From a virus (taxonomy: Duplodnaviria > Caudoviricetes), in the IMG/VR virus record IMGVR_UViG_3300033076_000779, positions 1 through 30,462 of that record: a stretch of DNA of 30,462 bases, one strand, 5' to 3'. The stretch's first letter is position 1, and each line of letters begins with the position of its first letter. Below the pieces are notes generated by a model. That model ran no database searches. It was not told the origin of the DNA and saw only the letters and a program-made list of their open reading frames with translations. This document shows, one piece after another, positions 9,726 through 16,852 of the stretch. Both the position numbers and the translations under genes were made by a program.

Positions 9726-9952
9726 AGTCTGCTCCATCTAACGTTGTGTTGTTCGGGTTTGATTTTGCGATCCTTTAGCCGGTGCCGTGATTGCGTCTTC
9801 GTGGGCATAGTCATGCCGGGTTCAGCGGTCTCGCAGGAAACGAACGTCTTGAAGCACAGCGCACACATGCGCCTGCGCCAGACTTGGCCGTCAGCGGGGC
9901 GGCTCTCCAGCACTGGGCTCTTGCCGTCGCGGTTGCAGTGGGGGCATTTCAT
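9722..9952 (-). CDS. NrdR-type N-terminal zinc-ribbon protein (no ATP cone)
   Basis: MKCPHC...VLESR...VWRRRMCALCFKTFVSCE matches the NrdR CPxC...RRRxCxxC..F.T.E motif. Confidence 0.8.
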   Translation of the reverse strand: MKCPHCNRDGKSPVLESRPADGQVWRRRMCALCFKTFVSCETAEPGMTMPTKTQSRHRLKDRKIKPEQHNVRWSRL

Positions 9953-10098
9953 TCTTTCAGGATCTCCTTGCGAAGTTCATCCGTGGACCGCTCCATCTCC
10001 GCGAACAGGTAGTCAGGGACCACGACCTTGTGCGCCAGGATCAGCGACTCCAAGGTGCTGAGCAGGATGAGGATGTTGAGGTATTGTTCGCGGGTCAT
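9949..10098 (-). CDS. Hypothetical protein (49 aa, MTREQYLNILILLSTLESL...)
   Basis: Read manually. Fills the gap exactly, with 4-nt overlaps to both neighbours; RBS-like GGAAGTAG upstream. Confidence 0.6.
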   Translation of the reverse strand: MTREQYLNILILLSTLESLILAHKVVVPDYLFAEMERSTDELRKEILKE

Positions 10099-10370
10099 TT
10101 ATCTACTTCCAGCAGTTGCTTTTTTAGGCGCTCAAGCAGCCACAACACCGTTCCGCCATCGGCATAGCTGCTGGCGAAATATTCTTCGCCTTGAGCGTCC
10201 CAGCCCATGATTACCACGCCTTCCATTTTGCCAACGGCGGTTTCGAGGATTCGGTCTGGCGGAAGATCCAATGTGGTGATGCCGGTAAATGGAATGATCT
10301 TTGCACCTCGCTTGGGTGAAGCGCAGACAAGGCACTCCATAGTGGTCAAGCCGTGTTCGCATTTCCTCAT
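10095..10370 (-). CDS. Hypothetical phage protein (91 aa)
   Basis: ORF coupled to both neighbours; globular composition with an N-terminal CxH...CxxC. Confidence 0.65.
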   Translation of the reverse strand: MRKCEHGLTTMECLVCASPKRGAKIIPFTGITTLDLPPDRILETAVGKMEGVVIMGWDAQGEEYFASSYADGGTVLWLLERLKKQLLEVDK

Positions 10371-10462
10371 GTCAACCCCGTCAGTTTAAATGCCGCCTCT
10401 GTCGGCACTTGTAGCGAAACATACGCCCGACGCAGCGGGCACCAGAAATGGATGGTGGTCAT
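10367..10462 (-). CDS. Hypothetical microprotein (31 aa, MTTIHFWCPLRRAYVSLQVP...)
   Basis: Read manually. ATGA overlaps at both ends; RBS AGGGGG upstream. Confidence 0.55.
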   Translation of the reverse strand: MTTIHFWCPLRRAYVSLQVPTEAAFKLTGLT

Positions 10463-10755
10463 GTGTTCCCCCTTGCGCGGATGACGCGGGCGAAGTAGTC
10501 GCCCCACACTTGGCACTGGCCGCTGAATGTTTCCTTCGCTTTGTCGTCACACACCTTCGCGCACGCCTCGCGTTCTGCCGCTACGCCGGCTGCGTAGCCT
10601 TCCCGGTACGTCATCATCGTGTTGGGCGGCGTATTTGCCAGAACAAGCATTACAAATTTTTTCAGTGCATCAACGATGTTTGCCGAGTCGTCCTCGCCGT
10701 TGGCGTCGCACAGTCCAGCCTCCCGCGCTATGCGGATGATGTCGTCGCGTGTCAT
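10459..10755 (-). CDS. Hypothetical phage protein (MTRDDII.../AEREACAKVC type)
   Basis: ATGA-coupled, RBS GGAGG. Carries the 'AAEREACAKVCD...IRARG' motif common in proteobacterial phage early genes. Confidence 0.75.
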   Translation of the reverse strand: MTRDDIIRIAREAGLCDANGEDDSANIVDALKKFVMLVLANTPPNTMMTYREGYAAGVAAEREACAKVCDDKAKETFSGQCQVWGDYFARVIRARGNT

Positions 10756-11024
10756 TTTGTTTCCTCCACCGCCTTGATTGCGGCGCGGGCTTGCTTGATG
10801 GTGAACTTGATGCCGGGGTTCGTTGACGGGCTATCAAGGTCAAACCTGTCGGCGTAATCCGCCGCAATCTCTTTCAACGCCTCCAGCAGCGCATCGCGCT
10901 GGGCGATCAGTTGGTTGTTATTTGCCTGCAGTTTTAGCAACACATGCTCCGCTTGCGTGTGCCACAGGTCATCTCGCAGGGCGAGCGGAACATCAACCAA
11001 CAGCAGTGTCTCAGGCTTGTCCAT
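10752..11024 (-). CDS. Hypothetical phage protein (90 aa)
   Basis: RBS GGGAG; 'QRDALLEALK...ARAAI' motif; coupled to the downstream gene. Confidence 0.7.
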   Translation of the reverse strand: MDKPETLLLVDVPLALRDDLWHTQAEHVLLKLQANNNQLIAQRDALLEALKEIAADYADRFDLDSPSTNPGIKFTIKQARAAIKAVEETK

Positions 11025-11455
11025 GATTCTTCTCCCAGCTTGCTTTCTCGACGAAGCGGGCGATTTTGATGGCCGTGTACCTGCTCACACCGAAATGCCC
11101 TGTGGCGTAGTAAATCTCATCCCCCGTCAGCGGCACCATCGTGCGCTGGGGCGGGGCGGCATTCAATTTGTCCACGATCTGCTTCGCATAACGGACTCGC
11201 TGTTCGTCATTTTCAAAGTCACCCGAAACTCGCAGCAAACCGTCATCCGTAGAGGCGTCGTCATAAATTACGCGGCCATCTTTGGACGCTACCCACGCCC
11301 CTGGCTGCACCGGCTCGGCCTGCTGCGCTAGGGCGGCGCGGAGGGCGGCCATTGCGGCAAGCCTGCGCGCGCTGATCTGGCAGGTTGCGGTGAAACGTGT
11401 CGGCTTCATCCAACGCCTCCAGCGCCTGCTGGGCGGCGGTTCGTAGGTCATTCAT
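11011..11455 (-). pseudogene. Frameshifted hypothetical early gene (MNDLRTAAQQALEAL...AALRAALAQQAEPV...)
   Basis: A good RBS (GGAG) and ATG at 11455 give 'MNDLRTAAQQALEAL'. The natural continuation 'AALRAALAQQAEPV' lies in another frame, with the junction near a GCGCGC run at about 11360-11372. Confidence 0.55.
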
Positions 11456-11458
11456 TTG

Positions 11459-11587
11459 CTACTCCAAAAACACAGTGACCAACGCTATGCCAAGCGCGGC
11501 AGCCGCAAGAACCATAGCAATCTCCGGATGCATGTGCGGTGAAGAATAAATGCATGCCGCCAAAAAACAAGCGTGGTATATCTTCAT
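11459..11587 (-). CDS. Small hydrophobic protein (42 aa, MKIYHACFLAACIYSSPHM...)
   Basis: Read manually. ATGA overlap with the upstream gene, RBS AGGAAGG, two hydrophobic stretches. Confidence 0.55.
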   Translation of the reverse strand: MKIYHACFLAACIYSSPHMHPEIAMVLAAAALGIALVTVFLE

Positions 11588-11904
11588 GTGCCCTTCCTTT
11601 GATGCTGAAAATTACCCAACGCATCCCTGGCGATTCTGGTTTGGCACTCTTCACAATCGTGCCCTATACAACCAATTACCTTAAATTTCTCGCCGCGATT
11701 GATGCTGTCAGCTAGATCGTCGGCTGTCATGGTAACCTGCTCCTGCACGTGGTCCCACAGGTGTCTGACGCGGTGGTCTTCCCACAATTTGTCTTGCATC
11801 AGCGCCGCCACCATCTGCAGCAGCCGCGTGCGGTCCAGCACAGGATCGCTGATGCCGCCGGGCCAGCCAAGGGCTGCCGACAGTTCAGGGTCTTGCGTGG
11901 TCAT
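11584..11904 (-). CDS. Hypothetical protein (106 aa) with C-terminal CxxHxCxxC motif
   Basis: ATG at 11904 overlaps the upstream stop; contains 'GCIGHDCEEC'. Confidence 0.6.
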   Translation of the reverse strand: MTTQDPELSAALGWPGGISDPVLDRTRLLQMVAALMQDKLWEDHRVRHLWDHVQEQVTMTADDLADSINRGEKFKVIGCIGHDCEECQTRIARDALGNFQHQRKGT

Positions 11905-12101
11905 TTCTTCATTCCCGTAGGCGCAAAAATTGTCACAAACAGCAACAACCCAATCGCCACCAATACAACGTCTTGCCACCAAGCATCGGTCTTCGGAGGC
12001 TTGGGATCGCGGATCTCGTCGTCGTCAATCCGCACGTCATCCCATTCGGGAGGCGTGCGCGGGCGCGGGTTGAACTCCATTGGTTTATCTTCTTGCGTCA
12101 C
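11901..12101 (-). CDS. Small protein with C-terminal TM helix
   Basis: GTG start (alternative ATG at 12080) overlaps the upstream stop. Acidic/Pro-rich N-terminus followed by VVLVAIGLLLFVTIFA. Confidence 0.6.
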   Translation of the reverse strand: MTQEDKPMEFNPRPRTPPEWDDVRIDDDEIRDPKPPKTDAWWQDVVLVAIGLLLFVTIFAPTGMKK

Positions 12102-12295
12102 GTCACGTCTCCTGCAAGATACCGCTCCAACCTGGCAATCCGAGCTTGGTGATACGCCGCCATCGAATGCGCGTACTCCTCTGCGCTCTGGGCCTGCAGC
12201 AACTGCCGGCGGGCGTCGTCTAGTTCCCTCGCTGCCAGCACTTGTGCCGGCGCGGGGCGAAACAGGCCCGCAAAGAACTCGCGTACGCTGTTCAT
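12098..12295 (-). CDS. Hypothetical coiled-coil protein (65 aa)
   Basis: ATGA-coupled; 'AARELDDARRQLL.AQSA.EYA...Y...RI.RL' pattern. Confidence 0.7.
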   Translation of the reverse strand: MNSVREFFAGLFRPAPAQVLAARELDDARRQLLQAQSAEEYAHSMAAYHQARIARLERYLAGDVT

Positions 12296-12507
12296 TTTTG
12301 CCCCCCGGCGTTCTCGCGCTCATACGCCAGAATGGCGCTCATCCGATACCTGATGCGCGGGCGCTCGCCGTCGCCGAGGCGAATAAACTTCGGCCCTGTG
12401 CCGGCAGCGCGCCACTGGTTCAGCGTGTTGATGTTCAGCCCCCAGCGCAGTGCAAGCTGGGCGGGGGTGATCAGGTGCTGATCGGGGGGTTGGCTGGCGG
12501 CGCTCAC
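12292..12507 (-). CDS. AlpA/excisionase-like HTH (MerR-type HTH_17) DNA-binding protein
   Basis: 'LITPAQLALRWGLNINTLNQWRAAGTGPKFIRLG...IRYR...ILAYE'. The GTG start overlaps the recT stop. Confidence 0.85.
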   Translation of the reverse strand: MSAASQPPDQHLITPAQLALRWGLNINTLNQWRAAGTGPKFIRLGDGERPRIRYRMSAILAYERENAGGQK

Positions 12508-13241
12508 AGTGCGCCCTCCTCTGCGGCAGCGGGAGCGGGCGGCGGAGCCTGCTCTGCACGAATCTCCTCCGCGCGGCGCTGCACGGCGGCCACCACGCGT
12601 TCGCGCTCGGGGCCTTTCGGTACGCGGCGCATCTCGGGGCGCAGAGTCTCCAAGAACTCCAGCGTGGCGGCCATCTGGATCTGTTCGATTAGCGCCTCCA
12701 CGTCCACTGCCGGCGGCTGGGGCGGTGCGACCTCCTCGATGGCGCCCATGTCGCGGGCAGGGCGCGGGGCCATGTCCTCGGCCTCCTCGGGCGTGTAGGC
12801 GCCGATGGCCACGCCGGGATAGATGGTGCGAATGCCTTCGCTGATGCACCGCGCGCGCAGCATCTGCCGGGGGTAGGATTTCCACGTCGGGTTGCGCGTC
12901 AGGCCGGCGTCTTGCGCCATCTTGGTCGTCCACTCAATGCGGACGCTGCCGCCTTGCGGGTGCGAGAACGTGCCGACCACGCGCTGGTCGGTGTACTCGC
13001 CCCATTCCACCTTGCCGCCTGCGGCTTGGAACCTAGCCAGCATGGCATCTGCGCGCAGCGTGGGGCGGCCGTTGATGACGTGGTAGTCGCGGGCGGCGAT
13101 GGCGGGGTGCATGCCCTCGGCCTGCGCCACCAGCATGAGGGCCATCGCCTGATCGGGCGTCTTGACGCCGAACAGGCCGGACTTGGCGACCGCAAGCGCC
13201 ATGCGCTCGATCTGGTCTACGGGGACAAGTGCTGTGCTCAC
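12504..13241 (-). CDS. recT: RecT-like single-strand annealing protein
   Basis: RBS AGGAG plus GTG. 'A...AKSGLF..KT..QA..LML...G......A.DYHVI.GRP...ADAML.RF' and 'W..YPRQML.AR.ISEG.R..YP...G.YTPEE' motifs; two genes from an exonuclease. Confidence 0.75.
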   Translation of the reverse strand: MSTALVPVDQIERMALAVAKSGLFGVKTPDQAMALMLVAQAEGMHPAIAARDYHVINGRPTLRADAMLARFQAAGGKVEWGEYTDQRVVGTFSHPQGGSVRIEWTTKMAQDAGLTRNPTWKSYPRQMLRARCISEGIRTIYPGVAIGAYTPEEAEDMAPRPARDMGAIEEVAPPQPPAVDVEALIEQIQMAATLEFLETLRPEMRRVPKGPERERVVAAVQRRAEEIRAEQAPPPAPAAAEEGAL

Positions 13242-13261
13242 TACAAACTCCTGTGTTAGGT

Positions 13262-13359
13262 GGACGGCCCAGGCGCAACTCTGGGCTATTTCACCGGGCA
13301 TCCGGCCGTCCGATGCTGACGCTGCGCCACTACCACCACGCAGTCCTCGCAGCGTCGGC
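13262..13359 (-). ncRNA. Candidate structured RNA leader upstream of recT
   Basis: 12-bp hairpin (13315-13326/13348-13359, one mismatch on the minus strand) with an inner stem, followed by a three-way junction (GGACG(G)/(C)CGTCC closing CCGG/CCGG and GCCCAG/CTGGGC stems). Confidence 0.45.
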
Positions 13360-13366
13360 AAACTGA

Positions 13367-13621
13367 TTAGTCGCTCAGGCCTGCGGCTTCGTCTGCCGGC
13401 AGTTCCTGCTCCTTGATGCCGGCGGTTTCAACCTCAACGCCGGCCGCCATCAGGCTAATGATGTCGTCTTGAGACGCAAGAGCGACGGCAAACGACGGCG
13501 TGACGTGGCTCAATACGTCTGCAACCTTGTATGCGCGAATCAGTCGATCGTTGCCATATTTGTCCGTAACAACGAACACCTTGATCTTGCGAGCGTACTT
13601 ACGCTTCTCGGTTTCGCTCAT
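13367..13621 (-). CDS. Hypothetical phage protein (84 aa)
   Basis: ATGA-coupled to the exonuclease; 'RLIRA......HV....V..ASQDD...L...GV.VE' pattern. Confidence 0.75.
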   Translation of the reverse strand: MSETEKRKYARKIKVFVVTDKYGNDRLIRAYKVADVLSHVTPSFAVALASQDDIISLMAAGVEVETAGIKEQELPADEAAGLSD

Positions 13622-14253
13622 TTCCTGCTTTCCGCGAGACGCCGCAGCGCCTCGACTTGTGCGCCGACCTCGTTGAGAAACTCCGTGACCTGGCGCTCGA
13701 GGTCGGCAACATACGCCGGGTCACGATTGATGCGCTGGACGTACAGTTGCAGCGGCTTAGGCATGCGGGGATCGAAACTGACGAAATCACACCACTGCCG
13801 GCCGGTGATCCACATCTGGCCCTGCACTTGGTCGGTATGCTCTGCCGGCATGCCGTTCAGCAGCGTCTCGATATGCATGGCGCTGTTGTACGGGCACTTG
13901 ATCTCGATGAGCCCATCCCAGTCCACCAGGCCGTCCGGGCTGCAGCCTGCCATCAGGACGTCGTGTGCCACGAAGCCGGTTTCCTCCACCGCGACGCCCG
14001 TGCGCTGCTCGTAGGCGGCCCGCGCTGCAGCTTCCTGCTCCGCGCCCCAGCGCATGGCGGCGTTCTCGTATGCCGGCACCGGCTGGCCGGTGAGGCGCTC
14101 GACGACAAGCTCGGTCAGGTAACGCTGGCGGTCGGCGGCGGGTGCGCCGTTTCTCAGGCGGGCCATGACGTCCTTGAACCGGGACGCGGTGGCCTTGCCG
14201 CACCTGGCGGCGTACCAGTCGTCAGAGCGTTGGGTGGCGGTTTCGAGGATCAT
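13618..14253 (-). CDS. YqaJ/lambda-exonuclease family recombinase exonuclease
   Basis: 'QRSDDWY.AR.GKATAS', 'AMRWG.E.E..AR', 'GCSPDGL', 'IEIKCP', 'QVQGQMW.TGR.WCDFVSFDPR'. Confidence 0.92.
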   Translation of the reverse strand: MILETATQRSDDWYAARCGKATASRFKDVMARLRNGAPAADRQRYLTELVVERLTGQPVPAYENAAMRWGAEQEAAARAAYEQRTGVAVEETGFVAHDVLMAGCSPDGLVDWDGLIEIKCPYNSAMHIETLLNGMPAEHTDQVQGQMWITGRQWCDFVSFDPRMPKPLQLYVQRINRDPAYVADLERQVTEFLNEVGAQVEALRRLAESRK

Positions 14254-14489
14254 GGTGCGTCTGCCCCAAAAATGCGCTTGAACTCTTCGCTGGACTCCAG
14301 CATCAGGCTGTGTTGCAGGATCAGGAAGGCATCTTCGCCAACCTGCACTCCAATCGCTTGAAGGCTTTTGTCTTCGCTGCCGGTAAGAGCGGTCACCGCT
14401 CTGTCTGCGTGCTTCATCAACTCCTGCAAGAGATCGTCGTACTCTTTCAACAAGATGCGTGCGGCGCTCAGCTTTGTGTCGTTGCTCAT
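14250..14489 (-). CDS. Hypothetical protein (79 aa)
   Basis: ATGA-coupled on both sides; helical composition. Confidence 0.65.
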   Translation of the reverse strand: MSNDTKLSAARILLKEYDDLLQELMKHADRAVTALTGSEDKSLQAIGVQVGEDAFLILQHSLMLESSEEFKRIFGADAP

Positions 14490-14689
14490 GCTTCCACCTT
14501 CACGGGAACGATGACGCTCTCAATCCCACTGTGAATGCGCAGCCTAGTGGCGGCAGCGAAAGCGCGGGCGCGAAGAATGCCGATGGAATAGGCGTCGGCG
14601 GTCGGCGGCAGGTCTTGCGCCTGCTGCAGAACTTCCAGCACAAATGCAACGTCTGCAGCGGTCAGGGTACTGTTCGTAGTGGTTGCCAT
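14486..14689 (-). CDS. Hypothetical protein (67 aa)
   Basis: RBS GGGGAG before ATG 14689; coupled to the downstream gene. Confidence 0.65.
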   Translation of the reverse strand: MATTTNSTLTAADVAFVLEVLQQAQDLPPTADAYSIGILRARAFAAATRLRIHSGIESVIVPVKVEA

Positions 14690-14690
14690 G

Positions 14691-15083
14691 TCAGTACTCC
14701 CCACCGGCGTGGCGCGACTCCCACGAATCCACCTCGGCCCGGATCATGTCCTCGGCGATTTCCGCGATGCGAGCCTGCTTTGCCCGCACGAACCGCTCGC
14801 GCAGCTCGTGCCGAGCGCGCAGGCACTGCTCCGACGTGCCGGCCAGCACGACGGCGAACAGGGTCACGGCGTTGACGCGGGTCATGTCCTCGCCGCAGTG
14901 ATCCACGTTCGCGGCCAAACCATCACCGGGCCAGCCCTCACAGTCAGCCAGCCAGAGAGCCCAATCGTCCGGGCAGGCCAGCAGATGGTCGCGGGCATCC
15001 GTGATCCACGGGCTATCATCGTCTGCCGGCATGACCGGCCAAGTGGCCACGTCGCCGGGGCCGGGGATCGCACTGTAGTTCAT
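14691..15083 (-). CDS. Hypothetical protein (130 aa), first gene of the leftward early operon
   Basis: Strong RBS AAGGAG; lies directly downstream of a sigma70-type promoter. Confidence 0.75.
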   Translation of the reverse strand: MNYSAIPGPGDVATWPVMPADDDSPWITDARDHLLACPDDWALWLADCEGWPGDGLAANVDHCGEDMTRVNAVTLFAVVLAGTSEQCLRARHELRERFVRAKQARIAEIAEDMIRAEVDSWESRHAGGEY

Positions 15084-15127
15084 CGCGTTACTCCTTTTAT
15101 TTGCGGGATGCGCCGCAACGCCAAGGC

Positions 15128-15155
15128 ATCATAGCGCAACATCGCAGAGCGTCAA
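15128..15155 (-). promoter_or_regulatory. Sigma70-type promoter driving the leftward recombination/early operon
   Basis: TTGACG-N16-TATGAT on the minus strand, about 45 nt upstream of the 15083 start. Confidence 0.65.
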
Positions 15156-15240
15156 ACACTATCTAATAGCCTAGCAAAACGCTGGGGATTGTGGCGCAGG
15201 GTCAATGGCGGGCCTATGATGCGGCAACGGAGGTGCCAGC

Positions 15241-15465
15241 ATGGCCGATGAATGGAGTCCAAGTCCCCCGCCTCAAGTGGGGTGGTACAGGGCGTCAGTA
15301 TCCCGACAGGGGCAGTTTTACCGCTGGTGGGATGGCAAGCTATGGAGCGTCGTCGCCACGCCGTTTTTTGACGCCGAGGAAGCCGGCGCGGTAGCGGAGA
15401 TCCCGGCGCCTGCTGACGTGCAGCGGCGCATCTGGTGGACGTGGCCGAAGGAGGCGAGGAAATGA
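15241..15465 (+). CDS. Hypothetical Trp-rich protein (DUF2510-like GWY...RWWDG..W motif)
   Basis: RBS GGAGGT; 'PPPQVGWY...YRWWDGKLWS'. Confidence 0.7.
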   Translation: MADEWSPSPPPQVGWYRASVSRQGQFYRWWDGKLWSVVATPFFDAEEAGAVAEIPAPADVQRRIWWTWPKEARK

Positions 15466-15803
15466 GCGACCGTAAATTGCTGGAGCTTGCTGCGAAGGCG
15501 GCGGGGATGGAAAGTATGCGCTACGCATCTCCATACACGGGTATGTCGAAAATGCTTGATCCAGCTCGCCCAGAGACAACCGGAAGCATTGGGCCAAACT
15601 GGAACCCCATCACCGACGACGGCGATGCGCTGCGGCTGGCGGTGAAGCTTCGGATGAGTGTGTTTCACTCACTCAGTGATGTTTACGTGGTGGACGATGA
15701 TGGCGACATTGAGGTCGAAGAGGGCCATAAGCGCGACCCCCTCGCCGCCACCCGCCGCGCCATCGTCCGCGTTGCAGCAGAAATCGGGAGGCAGATGCCA
15801 TGA
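15462..15803 (+). CDS. Conserved phage protein (Phage ABA-sandwich/NinX-like)
   Basis: ATG 15462 overlaps the upstream stop. 'LLELAAKAAG...WNPITDDGDALRLAVKL...TRRAIVR.AA' pattern. Confidence 0.7.
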   Translation: MSDRKLLELAAKAAGMESMRYASPYTGMSKMLDPARPETTGSIGPNWNPITDDGDALRLAVKLRMSVFHSLSDVYVVDDDGDIEVEEGHKRDPLAATRRAIVRVAAEIGRQMP

Positions 15804-16009
15804 CTTCAGAGGCATGGGAAATCGCCCCGAGAGGCACGCTCGCCCTGCTGGACAAGTGCCGGCACATCAGCTTGACGGACGACGAAATCGGGCGCCTGTG
15901 GTTTCAATGCGCGCTGCCTAGCGTGACGGAGACGCAGGCGCGGTTTCTGATCCGCGCTGCGGAACACGCGCTGCGGCAGAAGATGGTTCCTTGGAGGCCG
16001 GCAGAATGA
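15800..16009 (+). CDS. Hypothetical protein (69 aa)
   Basis: ATGA-coupled; 'LTDDEI...RAAEHALRQK' motif. Confidence 0.65.
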   Translation: MTSEAWEIAPRGTLALLDKCRHISLTDDEIGRLWFQCALPSVTETQARFLIRAAEHALRQKMVPWRPAE

Positions 16010-16311
16010 GAACCCGCAGACTCAGCGATCAGAAACTCGCCGTGTTGGACTACGTGGCGGCAAATCAGCCCGTGCGTCGTGACACGCTGGCGGCCCACAT
16101 GGGCCTAGCGGAGGAAACGGTGTCTGGGCACCTCAAGCGGTTGGTGGCGATGGGCAAGCTCCAGAAGCGCCGAATCGACCGGCACCGCTGGGTGTGGGAG
16201 ATTGCCAGGCCGGTGCCGGTAGGCGTTGGATTTAGACCGCTGGCGGGGCATAACTTGCGGGCTCACGAGCAAGTTTCGTCTGTTTGGGAGTATGCGCGGA
16301 GGTGTGTATGA
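16006..16311 (+). CDS. Winged-helix HTH protein (MarR/ArsR-like fold)
   Basis: 'QKLAVLDYV...RDTLAAHMGLAEETVSGHLKRLVAMGKL' is an HTH plus wing; ATGA-coupled. Confidence 0.75.
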   Translation: MRTRRLSDQKLAVLDYVAANQPVRRDTLAAHMGLAEETVSGHLKRLVAMGKLQKRRIDRHRWVWEIARPVPVGVGFRPLAGHNLRAHEQVSSVWEYARRCV

Positions 16312-16796
16312 CCGAACGTGGCCGCCGAACCCTGCGCGAGCAGATGCTCCGCAACCAGCAGACCGAGGCGCTATATGCCGCACTGAGCGGCAGGCCGGCG
16401 CGTGAACTGCCGATACCGCCAGAGCCGAAAAAGCGCCCGAAGCGCGAGCCGTCGCCGGCAGAGCAAAGACAGCCGTCAGAGGCTGAGATCCTGCGGGCCA
16501 TCATCCAGCTACTACACCGGCACCCCCTCGTGGCGAAGGTCTGGCGGCAGAACAGCGGCACGTTTCAGGAACGCAACCGCGACGGAACGGTGCGCTACGT
16601 GCGGGCTAATACCGCAAAGGGCATGTCGGACATCATGGGCATCCTGCGCGACGGCCGCACGCTGGCCATCGAGGTCAAATCGCGCACTGGACGCATGCGC
16701 CCCGGGCAGGAGGAATTCCTGGCCACTATCAGGCAGGCCGGCGGCGTGGCGGGGGTTTGCCGCAGCGTTGAGGACGCGGTGGCGCTGCTGGCCTAA
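16308..16796 (+). CDS. VRR-NUC domain nuclease (Holliday-junction resolvase-like)
   Basis: PD-(D/E)xK motifs 'SEAEI...I', 'GMSDI.G', 'IEVKS..GR..P.Q..FL..I...GG.A.V.RS.EDA'. Confidence 0.88.
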   Translation: MTERGRRTLREQMLRNQQTEALYAALSGRPARELPIPPEPKKRPKREPSPAEQRQPSEAEILRAIIQLLHRHPLVAKVWRQNSGTFQERNRDGTVRYVRANTAKGMSDIMGILRDGRTLAIEVKSRTGRMRPGQEEFLATIRQAGGVAGVCRSVEDAVALLA

Positions 16797-16852
16797 CCCC
16801 TTCCCAGACCATCAAAACAGGGGCATCATCCACGCCCCGGAGGATTGACGCG

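Noticed and set aside
13258-13311. tRNA-like look (7-8 bp GGACGGC/GCCGTCC stem followed by ACC on the minus strand)
   Set aside because: Only about 50 nt, with no D/anticodon/T-arm layout, no TTCRA and no CCA end. Kept only as a generic structured element.
15156-15172. NrdR-box-like ACACTAT half-site in the divergent promoter region
   Set aside because: Only the left half matches; the palindromic right half is missing.
16801-16838. Possible promoter TTCCCA-N17-CATCAT and GGGGC/GCCCC hairpin before the primase
   Set aside because: Both hexamers match consensus poorly and a 5-bp stem is expected by chance at this GC content.
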